Assembly: GCA_017546275.1 (NCBI GenBank)
Contig: JAFYXE010000064.1
Span: forward strand, 1-39,006
From: Bacteroidales bacterium
GTDB taxonomy: Bacteria > Bacteroidota > Bacteroidia > Bacteroidales > UBA932
Direction of reading: 5' to 3'
DNA length: 39,006 nt
Every line of letters begins with the position of its first letter. Positions within the stretch are counted from its first letter, which is position 1. A program made the translations under genes and the position numbers. Of this stretch, positions 8,843 to 19,643 are shown piece by piece. Below the pieces are notes generated by a model, which did no database searches, had not been told where the DNA came from, and saw nothing but the letters and a program-made list of their open reading frames with translations.

Positions 8843-10522
8843 TTATTCCGCCATAAGCTTCTTGTACTTGAAGCGCTTAGGCTCCTCATTGCCAAGACGG
8901 CGCTTCTTGTTCTCCTCATACTCAGAGTATGTTCCCTCGAAGAAGTAAACCTGCGAATCACCCTCGAAAGCGAGAATATGTGTCGCGATACGGTCGAGGA
9001 ACCAACGGTCGTGTGAAATGACCACCGCACATCCTGCAAAATTCTCAAGACCCTCCTCAAGAGCACGGATAGTATTTACATCAACGTCATTGGTAGGCTC
9101 GTCGAGAAGAAGCACGTTACCCTCATCCTTAAGAGTCAAGGCAAGGTGAAGACGGTTTCTCTCACCACCAGAAAGGATTCCGCAAAGCTTCTCCTGATCT
9201 GCGCCAGAGAAATTGAAACGCGAAACATATGCTCTCGCATTTACCTCTCTCTTGCCGAGACGAACGAACTCTGAATTCTCAGCGATAGTCTCATATACTG
9301 TCTTCTCAGGATCGATGCTCTTATGCTGCTGATCTACATATGCGATCTTAACTGTCTCACCGAGAGTGATCTCACCTGTATCAGGAGTATCGAGTCCCAT
9401 AATGAGACGGAACAATGTAGTCTTACCTGCACCGTTAGGACCGATCACACCAACGATACCTGCTGGCGGAAGCACGAAATTGAGGTTCTCGTACAAAAGC
9501 TTATCACCATAGGCTTTTGACACGTTCTTGAACTCGATGACCTTGTTTCCGAGTCTTGGTCCGTTAGGGATGAAGATCTCGAGTGCCTGCTCTTTCTCAC
9601 GTCCGTCATCTGCAGCAAGCTTCTCGTATGCACCGAGACGTGCCTTAGATTTTGCGTGACGTGCCTTAGGAGCCATACGCACCCACTCGAGCTCACGCTC
9701 CAAAGCCTTGCGACGCTTGCTCTCCTGCTTCTCCTCCTGTGCAAGACGAGTGCTCTTCTGATCAAGCCAAGAAGAATAGTTACCCTTCCAAGGAATACCC
9801 TCACCTCTGTCAAGCTCGAGAATCCAACCTGCAACATTATCCAGGAAGTAACGGTCGTGGGTAACTGCGATGACAGTACCCTTGTACTGCTGGAGGTGCG
9901 CCTCAAGCCACTGGATACTCTCAGTATCGAGGTGGTTGGTAGGCTCGTCAAGAAGGAGTACATCTGGCTGGCGAAGGAGCAGACGGCAGAGAGCCACACG
10001 ACGGCGCTCACCACCACTGAGTGTAGATACCTTAGCATCTGAAGGAGGACACTGGAGTGCATCCATAGCTCTCTCGAGCTTTGAATCGATTTCCCATCCG
10101 CCGCAGTGCTCGATCTTCTCGGTAAGTTCTCCCTGACGCTCGATAAGAGCAGCCATCTCCTCATCAGACATAGGCTCGCAGAACTTCATATTCACCTCCT
10201 CATACTCCTTGAGGATGTCCATAACTTCCTGCACACCCTCCTGAACGACCTCGATAACGGTCTTCTCAGGATCCATCTGAGGCTCCTGCTCGAGATATCC
10301 GACCGAATATCCTGGAGCCCATACTACTTCTCCCTGGTAACCCTTCTCGATACCTGCGATGATCTTCATCAAGGTAGACTTACCGGAACCGTTGAGTCCG
10401 ACAATACCGATTTTGGCACCATAGAAAAATGAAAGGTAGATATCCTTGAGGATAACCCTGTTGTTGTGAGGCAGGATCTTGCCCACCCCGTTCATAGAAA
10501 AAATGATTTTCTCGTCTGCCAT
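8843..10522 (-). CDS. ettA: Energy-dependent translational throttle protein (ABC-F)
   Basis: Two ABC domains (GLNGSGKST, LSGGE, DEPTNHLD; GPNGAGKTT, LSGGERNR), LSFFYGAKIG and ELEWVR signatures, no TM segments. Confidence 0.95.
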   Translation of the reverse strand: MADEKIIFSMNGVGKILPHNNRVILKDIYLSFFYGAKIGIVGLNGSGKSTLMKIIAGIEKGYQGEVVWAPGYSVGYLEQEPQMDPEKTVIEVVQEGVQEVMDILKEYEEVNMKFCEPMSDEEMAALIERQGELTEKIEHCGGWEIDSKLERAMDALQCPPSDAKVSTLSGGERRRVALCRLLLRQPDVLLLDEPTNHLDTESIQWLEAHLQQYKGTVIAVTHDRYFLDNVAGWILELDRGEGIPWKGNYSSWLDQKSTRLAQEEKQESKRRKALERELEWVRMAPKARHAKSKARLGAYEKLAADDGREKEQALEIFIPNGPRLGNKVIEFKNVSKAYGDKLLYENLNFVLPPAGIVGVIGPNGAGKTTLFRLIMGLDTPDTGEITLGETVKIAYVDQQHKSIDPEKTVYETIAENSEFVRLGKREVNARAYVSRFNFSGADQEKLCGILSGGERNRLHLALTLKDEGNVLLLDEPTNDVDVNTIRALEEGLENFAGCAVVISHDRWFLDRIATHILAFEGDSQVYFFEGTYSEYEENKKRRLGNEEPKRFKYKKLMAE

Positions 10523-10545
10523 ATATGCTATTTTTTATTATTTGT

Positions 10546-11664
10546 TCAATCCGCCGCAAAGATAGTCTTTTTCCTTGATAATCTTATCTTTTCCGCACGG
10601 CACCAGTCACTGGGATTTTCACCCATAAAAAGACGGAAGGCCATATTGTATGACACTATGGAATTGAACCCGCACAGAGACCAGAGTTCAGACACTTTCA
10701 GATCGGTATTCTGTCTGAAACAGTCCACCGAATACATCACTCTATAGTAGTTCACGAACTGGCAGAAGTTCCTTCCTGTATAATGGCTTATGGCTCTTGA
10801 GATGTACAGTTTATTGGAAAACACCTTCTCCACAACATCATTTATTGTAAGGTCGCCACGGAGAAACGGCTTCTCCGCTTCAAAATAGGCCACAAGCCTG
10901 TCATACAGATCCTTGTAGACAGCCTTTTCCCTACTGGCTGCAGCCGAGGACTCTGCTGTGGATATCTTCATCGACTCTATTATCAGACGTTCACTCTCCC
11001 TGCAGACCACGAAGAGGGAATCATACGAAATGCGGAACACCAACGCACCTGCAAGTCCCACAAGCAGCATATTCAGAAGGAGCAGGAGCCAAGGAGAGCA
11101 CAGCCAGTCCACATATATCAGCGCAGCTGACGAGAGTGCATAGAACAGGAAGAAGGCAAGGTACGCCAGATCCACCGCAAGACACACATAGGACCATACA
11201 TTGCCCGACTGGATCAGCAGACGCACATTACACACTCTGATCCACAGACAGTATGCATAGACAGCCAGATGTCCTGCAGCGACAAGGAACAGCAGAACCA
11301 AAGGCAGACACACCGGAGGTTGCGGAAACACCCCAAATGCACACAGGGCATAATATGCAGTAAGAACAGCCTGGACGATCAATACCGAACACACTATGCG
11401 GATCCATCTGCAATGTTCATTCAGCGACAAAGCCATTACCGACAAGGCAGTGACAGCAAGACAGACATCAACACTGGCCCTCTCCACAAAACCGGTTCCC
11501 GCCGAGGCATCACACAGTACAAGCGCAGCATTGACTCCAAGCAGGACAGGTATCATCTTCTGACGTCTGTCCGCAAGCGCTTTGAACCGCACATTCCTCA
11601 CAATCTGCAGCACTGCCAGACACAGAGACAAGACGACAACCGCAGTTGCCAAAATTATTTCCAT
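10546..11664 (-). CDS. Membrane-anchored AraC-family regulator
   Basis: About 7 hydrophobic segments followed by an AraC HTH (LTINDVV...NFCQFVNYYRV...CGFNSIVSYNMAFR). Confidence 0.8.
   Translation of the reverse strand: MEIILATAVVVLSLCLAVLQIVRNVRFKALADRRQKMIPVLLGVNAALVLCDASAGTGFVERASVDVCLAVTALSVMALSLNEHCRWIRIVCSVLIVQAVLTAYYALCAFGVFPQPPVCLPLVLLFLVAAGHLAVYAYCLWIRVCNVRLLIQSGNVWSYVCLAVDLAYLAFFLFYALSSAALIYVDWLCSPWLLLLLNMLLVGLAGALVFRISYDSLFVVCRESERLIIESMKISTAESSAAASREKAVYKDLYDRLVAYFEAEKPFLRGDLTINDVVEKVFSNKLYISRAISHYTGRNFCQFVNYYRVMYSVDCFRQNTDLKVSELWSLCGFNSIVSYNMAFRLFMGENPSDWCRAEKIRLSRKKTIFAAD
10557..10564 (-). promoter_or_regulatory. -7 promoter element (TATCTTTG) for ettA inside the 3' end of the AraC gene
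   Basis: TAnnTTTG 34 nt upstream of the ettA ATG. Confidence 0.65.
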
Positions 11665-11698
11665 ATAGTCAGTTCTTTGTAGTTAATCACACGAAGAT

Positions 11699-11741
11699 AA
11701 AGAATATCCCCCTCTCAGAGCATTCCGAGAGGGGGACATTC
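11699..11741 (-). terminator. Probable terminator of the leuS-yitT-yitT unit
   Basis: TCCCCCTCTC/GAGAGGGGGA stem extended by GAAT/ATTC, short U-run on the minus strand. Confidence 0.65.
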
Positions 11742-11786
11742 GTCACATTTTTCTTTTTCTTTAAATTATTTCTTTTTTTTAAAGAA

Positions 11787-12728
11787 CTAGTTCTTCGATT
11801 TCACCTTGATTGCATCGAATCCCTGACCATATACTCCCATTACAGAAGATACTGAAAGGAATGCATCCGGATCGATTGACTTCACATAGCGGAGAAGGAG
11901 ATTGAGGTCAGCCTTTCTGGTAACCACCATTATCACCTGCTTATCCTCCTTCGAGTACCATCCCTTTGCAGGAAGCACTGTCACTCCCCTCTTCATATCG
12001 AATGCGATTGCATCAGCCATCTCTGTAACCTTCTTTGTGAAGATGAATGCCTGAACAGACTGCTTCGATCCTGAAATATAAAGGTCGATGGCATAACCGC
12101 AGACTGTCACCTGCATAAGACCATATACCACAATGGCGATCTTTTCAGGATATCCGAGGAGAGCACCTTCTCTGTCGTATGAAGGAAGAAGAAGAGACGA
12201 AAGGATGATGATGATATCGATGATAAGGATCACTCGTCCAGGAGATGCGTGCTTGAACTTGCACCAGATCAGAGCAATGATGTCTGTACCACCTGTACTT
12301 CCTCCCTGTGACATCGAAAGTCCGATACCGACTCCGGCCATAATACCTCCGAGCACTGTGCAGACGATCTTGCTGTCCTGTGAGAAGTTGTCCACAAAAT
12401 CAACAGGAATGAATTCCTGAGTGACGCCGAGCATAATGGATGTCATAATGATTGCGTAGATCGTCTTGGCGCCGAAACCGGTTCCAAGAATCTTTGTACC
12501 TACAATCAGAAGGACGATGTTCAACACAAAATATGTGACTGAAATCGGAATCAATCCGCTTGTCGCATACTGCAGAATTGCAGAGAAACCGGTGACACCA
12601 CCACCGATCATACCGTTAGGAGTAAGGAACATTGCCCAACCCAATGCATAAAGCGTAAGACCGAGAGTAATCAGGAGATACTCTTTGATCAGGGTGGCAA
12701 CTGATGTCTTCTGAAGCGTGTTACCCAT
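11787..12728 (-). CDS. YitT family membrane protein (DUF2179 C-terminus)
   Basis: GGVTG, GGSTGGTDIIA, RGVT...GWYS, DPDAF...GVYGQGF. Confidence 0.9.
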   Translation of the reverse strand: MGNTLQKTSVATLIKEYLLITLGLTLYALGWAMFLTPNGMIGGGVTGFSAILQYATSGLIPISVTYFVLNIVLLIVGTKILGTGFGAKTIYAIIMTSIMLGVTQEFIPVDFVDNFSQDSKIVCTVLGGIMAGVGIGLSMSQGGSTGGTDIIALIWCKFKHASPGRVILIIDIIIILSSLLLPSYDREGALLGYPEKIAIVVYGLMQVTVCGYAIDLYISGSKQSVQAFIFTKKVTEMADAIAFDMKRGVTVLPAKGWYSKEDKQVIMVVTRKADLNLLLRYVKSIDPDAFLSVSSVMGVYGQGFDAIKVKSKN

Positions 12729-13654
12729 TATTTAGCCTCCTCTATCTTATTTGTTTTCTTCAAATTTATACCTGTCTTGACTTCTTCGAAGCCTTCACCG
12801 AATACGCTCATCGCTGTAGATACAGAGACAAAGGCCTTAGGATCCATAGCCTTGATCTCACGGATCACCTCATTCATCTGATACTTTCTCGAAACGATCA
12901 GGAGAACCTTGCTCTCCTTCTGCGAGTACCAGCCGACAGACTGGAGCGCAGTCACGCCTCTATGCACATCGTTGATGATATGATCAGCAATCTCCTTGTA
13001 TTTGGATGAGAACACAAGAATCTGAACCGACGACTTGTTTCCCAAGAGCACGAAATCGATACCGAATGAGAAGCCAAGCATAATGATGTACGCATATACG
13101 ACATCAATGAGTCCCTTGTCCGGAAGCAGGAACAACGACGCGATGATGAATATATCAGTATAAAGATATACTCTTCCCGGCGATACAGGCCAGTATTTGT
13201 TGATGATCATAGCGATGATGTCGGTTCCGCCGGAACTTCCTCCACGCAGAAGGACGATACCGAGGCCGACAGCCTCCATTGCAGCTCCGATAAGGGCAGC
13301 AAGAAGTTTTTCATCATTCTCTACGAAACCATAATATTTCAGTACTTCAAACTCCGGAAGGATATTGAAGAGCACGGAAGTAAGGATGATCACATAGATT
13401 GTCTTGATGCCGAATGCCCTACCCAAGGACAGGAATCCGATGACAAGAAGACCGATGTTCATTATCCAGTAAGGGATACCCATCGGTATTGCACCGTTGG
13501 TCGCATACTCGATAATGGTACAGAGACCTGTCAAGCCTCCACTGGCCAGACCTGTAGGAATGATGATAGATGTCCACGCCATACAGAATATGACGGAACC
13601 TACAGTCATCAGGAAATAGTCCCACAGATGGTTCAGGACCTTGTTATTTTTCAT
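12728..13654 (-). CDS. YitT family membrane protein (DUF2179 C-terminus)
   Basis: GGLTG, GGSSGGTDIIA, RGVT...GWYS, DPKAF...SVFGEGF; stop/start overlap with the next paralog. Confidence 0.9.
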   Translation of the reverse strand: MKNNKVLNHLWDYFLMTVGSVIFCMAWTSIIIPTGLASGGLTGLCTIIEYATNGAIPMGIPYWIMNIGLLVIGFLSLGRAFGIKTIYVIILTSVLFNILPEFEVLKYYGFVENDEKLLAALIGAAMEAVGLGIVLLRGGSSGGTDIIAMIINKYWPVSPGRVYLYTDIFIIASLFLLPDKGLIDVVYAYIIMLGFSFGIDFVLLGNKSSVQILVFSSKYKEIADHIINDVHRGVTALQSVGWYSQKESKVLLIVSRKYQMNEVIREIKAMDPKAFVSVSTAMSVFGEGFEEVKTGINLKKTNKIEEAK

Positions 13655-13668
13655 AGGTTGATGCAGTA

Positions 13669-16434
13669 TTATTTCACTACAATGTTCACGATCTTTCCAG
13701 GAACAACGATCACCTTCACGATGTTGCCCTCGCCTACATACTTGGCTGTCTGGTCGAGGCCGCGTACGTGTGCGTCGACATCCTCGCGTGACATATCGAC
13801 AGGAAGCTCAACTGTAAATCTTGTCTTACCGTTGAATGATACAGCGTAAGTGCAGTTGTTCTCTACTGTGTAAGCCTCAACATACTCAGGGAAAGCTGCA
13901 TAAGTGATGCTTTCGTTGTGTCCGAGAGTCTGCCAGAGCTCCTCAGCTACGTGAGGCGCAAACGGCGAGAGCAATACGAGGAGCTGCTCGAGGATCTCGC
14001 GCTTGCTGCACTTGAGATCGGTCAACTCGTTGACTGCGATCATAAATGCGCTGACTGCAGTGTTGAATGAGAACGCCTCGATGTCAGTGCGGACCTTGCC
14101 GATAAGCTTGTGGAGAGCCTTGAGTTCCTCCGGTGTTGCCTTCTCGTCAGTAACGATGAGACCGTCACGGTCGTAGAACATTCGCCATACCTTCTTGAGG
14201 AAGCGGTTTACACCGTCGATGCCCTTGGTATCCCAAGGCTTAGACTGCTCGAGAGGTCCGAGGAACATCTCGTAAAGACGAAGTGTATCAGCACCGTAAG
14301 TGTCGCAGATGAGGTCCGGATTGACTACGTTGAACATAGACTTAGACATCTTCTCGACTGCCCATCCGCAGATGTACTCGCCATCCTCGAGGATGAACTC
14401 TGCATTCGCATAGTCAGGCATCCAAGCCTTGAACGCCTCAAGGTCGAGACGGTCGTTGCGGACGATGTTCACGTCAACGTGGATCTCAGTAGTCTCATAC
14501 TGATCCTTGAGACCGAGAGATACGAATGTATTTGTACCGATGATACGATATACGAAGTTTGAACGTCCCTGGATCATACCCTGGTTGATGAGCTTCTTGA
14601 ACGGCTCGTTCTTGCATACATAACCGAGGTCATAGAGGAACTTGTTCCAGAAACGGGAGTAGATGAGGTGACCTGTAGCGTGCTCTGTACCGCCGATATA
14701 AAGGTCAACATCCTGCCAGTATCCGTTTGCGTCAGCACCTACGAGAGCCTCGTTGTTGTGAGGATCCATATAACGGAGATAGTATGCGCTGCTGCCTGCG
14801 AAACCTGGCATTGTGCTCATCTCGATCTGATATCCGTCGAATGTCCAGTCCTTTGCACGTCCGAGAGGCGGCTCGCCTGTCTCTGTAGGGAGGAACTTGT
14901 CCACCTCAGGGAGCTGGAGCGGAAGATCCGCAAGAGTCATAGGAGTTGCGATACCGTCCTTGAAATACATTGGGAACGGCTCACCCCAATATCTCTGACG
15001 TGAGAAGATTGCGTCACGGAGACGGTAGTTGATCTTTCTGTGTCCGATGCCCTGCTTCTCAACATATTCGATTGCTGCAGGAATAGCCTCCTTCACTGTC
15101 ATTCCGTTGAGGAAGCCTGAGTTGCACATAATTCCCTCCTTTGCGTCGAAGCTTGACTCGCTTACGTCGCAGCCCTCGATGAGAGGAATGATAGGGAGGT
15201 CGAATGTCTTTGCGAAAGCATAGTCACGGCTGTCGTGAGCAGGAACCGCCATAATGGCACCTGTACCGTAACCTGCGAGCACATATTCACCGATCCATAC
15301 AGGAACCTTGTTTCCTGTAAGAGGGTTTGTAGCGTAAGAACCTGAGAATACGCCGGTTACCTTGCGGGCCTCCATCATTCTCTCACGCTCTGTCTTCTTC
15401 TTGGCCATAGCGAGATACTCCTCAACTGCCTCCTTCTGCTCGGCTGTTGTGAGCTTCTCCACCCACTCGCTCTCTGGAGCGAGAACCATAAATGTAACTC
15501 CGAATACAGTGTCAGCACGTGTAGTGAAGATAGTCATATCGTACTCCTCAGTACCGTTTGACACCTTGAAGTTCATCTCTGCGCCCTGGCTCTTGCCGAT
15601 CCAGTTGCGCTGCATATCCTTGAGTGAATCTGTCCAGTCGAGAGTCTCGAGGTCCTCAAGGAGACGTCCTGCGTATGCAGATACGCGGAGCTGCCACTGA
15701 GTCATCTTCTTCTGCTCTACAGGATGGCCTCCACGTACAGAGTATCCTTCCTTCACCTCGTCGTTCGCGAGAACTGTACCGAGAGCAGGACACCAGTTCA
15801 CTGCAGTCTCGCCCTGATATGCGATTCTGTACTGCATAAGGACAGCGGCCTTCTCCTTCTCAGTGAAAGATGCCCACTCCTCTGCTGTGAACGGATTCAC
15901 ATCGCCGCACGCTGCGTCTACAGCTGCGCTTCCGCCTTCCGCGAAAGCAGCCTCAAGCTCAGCGATAGGACGAGCCTTCTGCTGTACATTGTCATACCAG
16001 CTTTCGAACATCTTCAGGAATGCCCACTGAGTCCACTTGTAATACTCAGGATCACAAGTGCGTACCTCACGCGACCAGTCATATGAGAAGCCGATTCTGT
16101 CCATCTGCTCACGGTAGCGTGCGATGTTCTTCTCTGTAGTCACAGCAGGATGCTGACCTGTCTGGATAGCATACTGCTCTGCTGGAAGACCGAATGCATC
16201 GTATCCCATCGGATGAAGCACATTGAAGCCGCAGAGTCTCTTGTAGCGGCTGTAGATGTCACTTGCGATGTATCCGAGAGGGTGTCCTACGTGAAGACCG
16301 GCTCCTGATGGATATGGGAACATATCCAGAACATAATATTTAGGCTTCGAGCTGTCGATCTCTGCCTTGAATGTATGGTTGGCAGCCCAATATGACTGCC
16401 ATTTCCTTTCGATTTCCTTAAAATTATATTCCAT
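13669..16434 (-). CDS. leuS: Leucine--tRNA ligase
   Basis: [14 protein letters not shown], editing domain ([19 protein letters not shown]), KMSKS. Confidence 0.98.
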   Translation of the reverse strand: MEYNFKEIERKWQSYWAANHTFKAEIDSSKPKYYVLDMFPYPSGAGLHVGHPLGYIASDIYSRYKRLCGFNVLHPMGYDAFGLPAEQYAIQTGQHPAVTTEKNIARYREQMDRIGFSYDWSREVRTCDPEYYKWTQWAFLKMFESWYDNVQQKARPIAELEAAFAEGGSAAVDAACGDVNPFTAEEWASFTEKEKAAVLMQYRIAYQGETAVNWCPALGTVLANDEVKEGYSVRGGHPVEQKKMTQWQLRVSAYAGRLLEDLETLDWTDSLKDMQRNWIGKSQGAEMNFKVSNGTEEYDMTIFTTRADTVFGVTFMVLAPESEWVEKLTTAEQKEAVEEYLAMAKKKTERERMMEARKVTGVFSGSYATNPLTGNKVPVWIGEYVLAGYGTGAIMAVPAHDSRDYAFAKTFDLPIIPLIEGCDVSESSFDAKEGIMCNSGFLNGMTVKEAIPAAIEYVEKQGIGHRKINYRLRDAIFSRQRYWGEPFPMYFKDGIATPMTLADLPLQLPEVDKFLPTETGEPPLGRAKDWTFDGYQIEMSTMPGFAGSSAYYLRYMDPHNNEALVGADANGYWQDVDLYIGGTEHATGHLIYSRFWNKFLYDLGYVCKNEPFKKLINQGMIQGRSNFVYRIIGTNTFVSLGLKDQYETTEIHVDVNIVRNDRLDLEAFKAWMPDYANAEFILEDGEYICGWAVEKMSKSMFNVVNPDLICDTYGADTLRLYEMFLGPLEQSKPWDTKGIDGVNRFLKKVWRMFYDRDGLIVTDEKATPEELKALHKLIGKVRTDIEAFSFNTAVSAFMIAVNELTDLKCSKREILEQLLVLLSPFAPHVAEELWQTLGHNESITYAAFPEYVEAYTVENNCTYAVSFNGKTRFTVELPVDMSREDVDAHVRGLDQTAKYVGEGNIVKVIVVPGKIVNIVVK

Positions 16435-16452
16435 AGGTAAATATTGAACTTA

Positions 16453-16460
16453 CAAAATTA
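16453..16460 (-). promoter_or_regulatory. -7 promoter element (TAATTTTG) for leuS
   Basis: TAnnTTTG in the 29-nt gap upstream of leuS. Confidence 0.6.
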
Positions 16461-16463
16461 ACA

Positions 16464-17825
16464 TTATTTCCGAATTCCGACTCTTGCACGGCCATCTTTC
16501 TTTTCAAGACGGAATTCCACCGGAATAGTGATGGAGGTTCTGACCTTCTCACCTCTGTGTTTTCCCGGCTTCCATTTAGGCGATGCATTGACCACCTTGA
16601 GGGCCTCTTCATCGAGTTCCGGAGAAACGCCTCTCACCACTCTTGCATCCGACACCTTTCCATCCTTGTTGATGATGAACTCCACCATCACTCGGCCCTG
16701 GATGCCGTTCTTCACCGCTTCAGGCGGATACTTGAGATACTGATACACCCACTTTTCAAGGAACTGGTTCGGATCAGCACTGTTCAGGAACGTAGGTCTC
16801 TGGTCACAGTCGTTGTATGCCACCACATCATCCTTCGGCGCGGACTTGGCAGCAGGCTTGTCTGTCCTGAACATAATCTGTCCTCCGAAGTTCGCAAGCG
16901 CGAGAGTGAAGTTGTAGATATACTCAAGTTCCTTCTCCATCAGGGCATAGTCGATGATGGACTGGGTATCGCGTTCGGTATTGTGCTCCGGATAACGTCC
17001 TGTAGTGAACATCACTGAAGGTATCTCCTTGTCATAGAACGCTCTATGATCCGATGGATATGCCTCCAGAGAGACGATTTCAGGAAGGATAGGCTGGAGC
17101 TCGCCTGTAAGAGTACGCAGAATCGAATTCATATCCGCGTTAGAGGATGTGTAAGCATAGAATCCGTTATATCCTGTTCCCAGCATATCCAGATTTATCA
17201 TAGCATCGATGTTGCCGGCATCCTTGAAAGATCTGTTGAGGAAATACCACGAACCAGCGAACGTCTCACCGGATGCACCGAAGGCAACGAAAAGGACAGA
17301 GCGCCTGAAAAGGATAGAATTGGTCTGCACCATACGCGCAAGCTCAAGCATAACAGCCAGACCTGACGCATTGCCGTTGGCACCGTAGAAGATCTTGTTT
17401 CGAGGTTCGCCGTCCACTGTCATCATCATCGAACCGATGTTGTCCATACGCGCTCCCACAACGATATATCTGTCGCGGAGAGTCTTGTCGTAACCCTGGA
17501 CAAAACCGATGACATTGCGGGAAGTGAGGGTGTCTCCAGCCTCAGAACGGAGTCCGAACTCTTCTCCACCCTTAGGTGAGATGACATCCACTCCATACTG
17601 CTTGAAAATCTCCTCAACATACTCTGCAGCCATTTTCTCTCCTTCCGAACCGGCCTTTCGGCCCTCCATCATAGCGGAAGAAAGCTCGCGAACGTGCGAC
17701 TTCATCGCAGACACGGTCTCGCCGTCATACAGGTCCTCATAAACGGAGCCACTCCTGAACTGTGCCGAAGCCGACAGAGTCAGGAGAGCAGAAAAGCAAA
17801 ATATTGCAACTTTTTTCAGATTCAT
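16464..17825 (-). CDS. Exported M28 peptidase-like domain fused to a TonB C-terminal domain
   Basis: Signal peptide (SASA-Q); M28 scaffold (GRKAGSEG, NVIG, GxxxNASG, NLDMLG, SDH); TonB-CTD (LKYPPEA...GIQGRVMVEFIINKDG...WKPGK...IPVEFRL). Confidence 0.85.
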   Translation of the reverse strand: MNLKKVAIFCFSALLTLSASAQFRSGSVYEDLYDGETVSAMKSHVRELSSAMMEGRKAGSEGEKMAAEYVEEIFKQYGVDVISPKGGEEFGLRSEAGDTLTSRNVIGFVQGYDKTLRDRYIVVGARMDNIGSMMMTVDGEPRNKIFYGANGNASGLAVMLELARMVQTNSILFRRSVLFVAFGASGETFAGSWYFLNRSFKDAGNIDAMINLDMLGTGYNGFYAYTSSNADMNSILRTLTGELQPILPEIVSLEAYPSDHRAFYDKEIPSVMFTTGRYPEHNTERDTQSIIDYALMEKELEYIYNFTLALANFGGQIMFRTDKPAAKSAPKDDVVAYNDCDQRPTFLNSADPNQFLEKWVYQYLKYPPEAVKNGIQGRVMVEFIINKDGKVSDARVVRGVSPELDEEALKVVNASPKWKPGKHRGEKVRTSITIPVEFRLEKKDGRARVGIRK

Positions 17826-17828
17826 CTT

Positions 17829-18359
17829 TTATTCATTCACAAGTATCCACACGTCATTAGGGCAGAACGACTCCTCGCGTACCTCCTTGAGGGCGGCGAA
17901 CGCATCCTGCACCTTATTTCGAGGACATACTCCTACAGCAATCATACCATTGCGGAAATTGATGAGTGCAGGAGCGTATTCACCCTCGCTGCTGATCCTC
18001 TCAACCATCCTCTCCGCATTGGCTCGTGCACGGAATGCACCCACGATAACATAATAACGGGCTTCAAGCTTCGATGAGAAAAGACCTCCGAGTTCTGCAG
18101 GATTAAGGATGCTTCCCACCTCCTGTCTCAATGAATCATATACTGCCAGAGAATCCTGGAGCGCCTTCTGAACCTGCTTTATCGAATCAAGGCGGGCCTG
18201 CTCTGCAGCCACCTCAGCCTCCTTCTGGATCCTGAGGATTTCCAGTCTTGCCACCTCTATATCTTCACTTGTCGGACGACCTGCCAATCTTCTCATAAAG
18301 TCACAGCTTGTCACCGTCATAAGCACGGCCAAAGCCAACAGAATATAAGACTTCTTCAT
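17829..18359 (-). CDS. Lipoprotein with C-terminal SPOR domain
   Basis: MKKSYILLALAVLMTVTSC lipobox, coiled coil, YYVIVGAFR...NA...WIL. Start moved to ATG 18359 because a promoter motif lies at 18386-18393. Confidence 0.75.
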   Translation of the reverse strand: MKKSYILLALAVLMTVTSCDFMRRLAGRPTSEDIEVARLEILRIQKEAEVAAEQARLDSIKQVQKALQDSLAVYDSLRQEVGSILNPAELGGLFSSKLEARYYVIVGAFRARANAERMVERISSEGEYAPALINFRNGMIAVGVCPRNKVQDAFAALKEVREESFCPNDVWILVNE

Positions 18360-18385
18360 ACCAGTCAATAGTTTGCGTATTCGTG

Positions 18386-18434
18386 CAAATTTAGTCAATT
18401 AATGCGCTGAGACAAAATAAAAATGATATATTTG
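18386..18434. promoter_or_regulatory. Divergent promoter pair (SPOR operon / capA-phoH)
   Basis: TAAATTTG on minus at 18386-18393, TATATTTG on plus at 18427-18434. Confidence 0.65.
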
Positions 18435-18455
18435 TATCCTAAACCACATTAAAAA

Positions 18456-19628
18456 TTGCATACTGCCGAAAGATACATCCTAAGATTTCTCCTCTGCTCT
18501 GTCCTGCCTCTGCTTTTCAGCAGTTTACGGGCAGACGCGCAGTCATCCGAATACGGTTACGGATGGGACAGGATGTGGGGCAGCGCAGCTCCTCTTTTCG
18601 TTCAGGACACCTTGGAGATCTGCTTTATGGGAGATGTTATGATGCACTCCGCGCAGATTGACAACGCCAGGAGAAAAGACGGCAGTTATGACTTTTCAAC
18701 CTATTTCCAGCACATCGAAGACAGGATAAGCAAGGCCGACCTGGCCATCGCGAATATGGAATTCACCTTGGGAGGCGAACCTTATTCCGGCTATCCCTGC
18801 TTTTCCGCTCCTGACGCATTGGCAGACTACTGCGCAGACTGCGGATTCGACTTGTTCCTGTGCGCGAACAACCATATATTCGACACCGGATCGAAGGGTG
18901 CGGAAAGGACACTCGAGCGCTACCGTGAGCTTGAGATCTCAAAAGGCATAAAGTTCACAGGACTTGCCGGAAACGAGACAGAATACAGCAGGAATTTCCC
19001 GCTGATGATACGCAGAAAAGGCATCTCTCTGGCGCTTGTAAACTTCACTTACGGAACCAATATCGGAGGCTCGGCAAAGTGGCCTAAGGTCAATTACGAG
19101 GCAGACAAAAGAGCGATTTCAGAAGCCTTGTCGAAGGCTATGGAAGCCGACTGTGATTATGCCGTTGCACTCCCTCACTGGGGCCAGGAATATAAATTGC
19201 AACATTCTGATTCTCAGGAGAAAACAGCAAAATGGTTGATCAGCGAAGGTGCAGATATGATAATCGGAGCACACCCTCACGTCGTCCAGGATATGCAGAT
19301 GATCGAAGGGAGTCCGGTAGTCTATTCACTGGGCAATGCAGTGTCGAATATGAGTGCGGCAAACACCCAGATAGAGCTGATGGCAACCGTGAGAATCGCA
19401 AGGCACGGCAACGGCGACCTTGAGATGCTGCCGCTGGAGTTCACCTATCTCTGGTGTTCACGTCCTGGCGGATATTGCAGTTCTTATACTGTCCTTCCTA
19501 TAAAGGATTATATAGGACGACGCGCCGAATGGCAAGGATATTGGGACTATGATAAGATGGTGTCATCTTATCGACGAGTTATGGAAGAGACCGGAATCAA
19601 AGACGGTCCGACCGATGAAAACGAATAA
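18456..19628 (+). CDS. CapA (PGA_cap) family metallophosphoesterase
   Basis: GDVMMH, ANME, ANNHIFD, PHWGQEY, IGAHPHVVQ, YSLGN; TTG start is uncertain. Confidence 0.85.
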   Translation: MHTAERYILRFLLCSVLPLLFSSLRADAQSSEYGYGWDRMWGSAAPLFVQDTLEICFMGDVMMHSAQIDNARRKDGSYDFSTYFQHIEDRISKADLAIANMEFTLGGEPYSGYPCFSAPDALADYCADCGFDLFLCANNHIFDTGSKGAERTLERYRELEISKGIKFTGLAGNETEYSRNFPLMIRRKGISLALVNFTYGTNIGGSAKWPKVNYEADKRAISEALSKAMEADCDYAVALPHWGQEYKLQHSDSQEKTAKWLISEGADMIIGAHPHVVQDMQMIEGSPVVYSLGNAVSNMSAANTQIELMATVRIARHGNGDLEMLPLEFTYLWCSRPGGYCSSYTVLPIKDYIGRRAEWQGYWDYDKMVSSYRRVMEETGIKDGPTDENE

Positions 19629-19643
19629 TTGATAACAATATAA

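Noticed and set aside
18456-19628. Poly-gamma-glutamate capsule locus
   Set aside because: Only a CapA-family gene is present, with no capB or capC; standalone CapA homologs are common.
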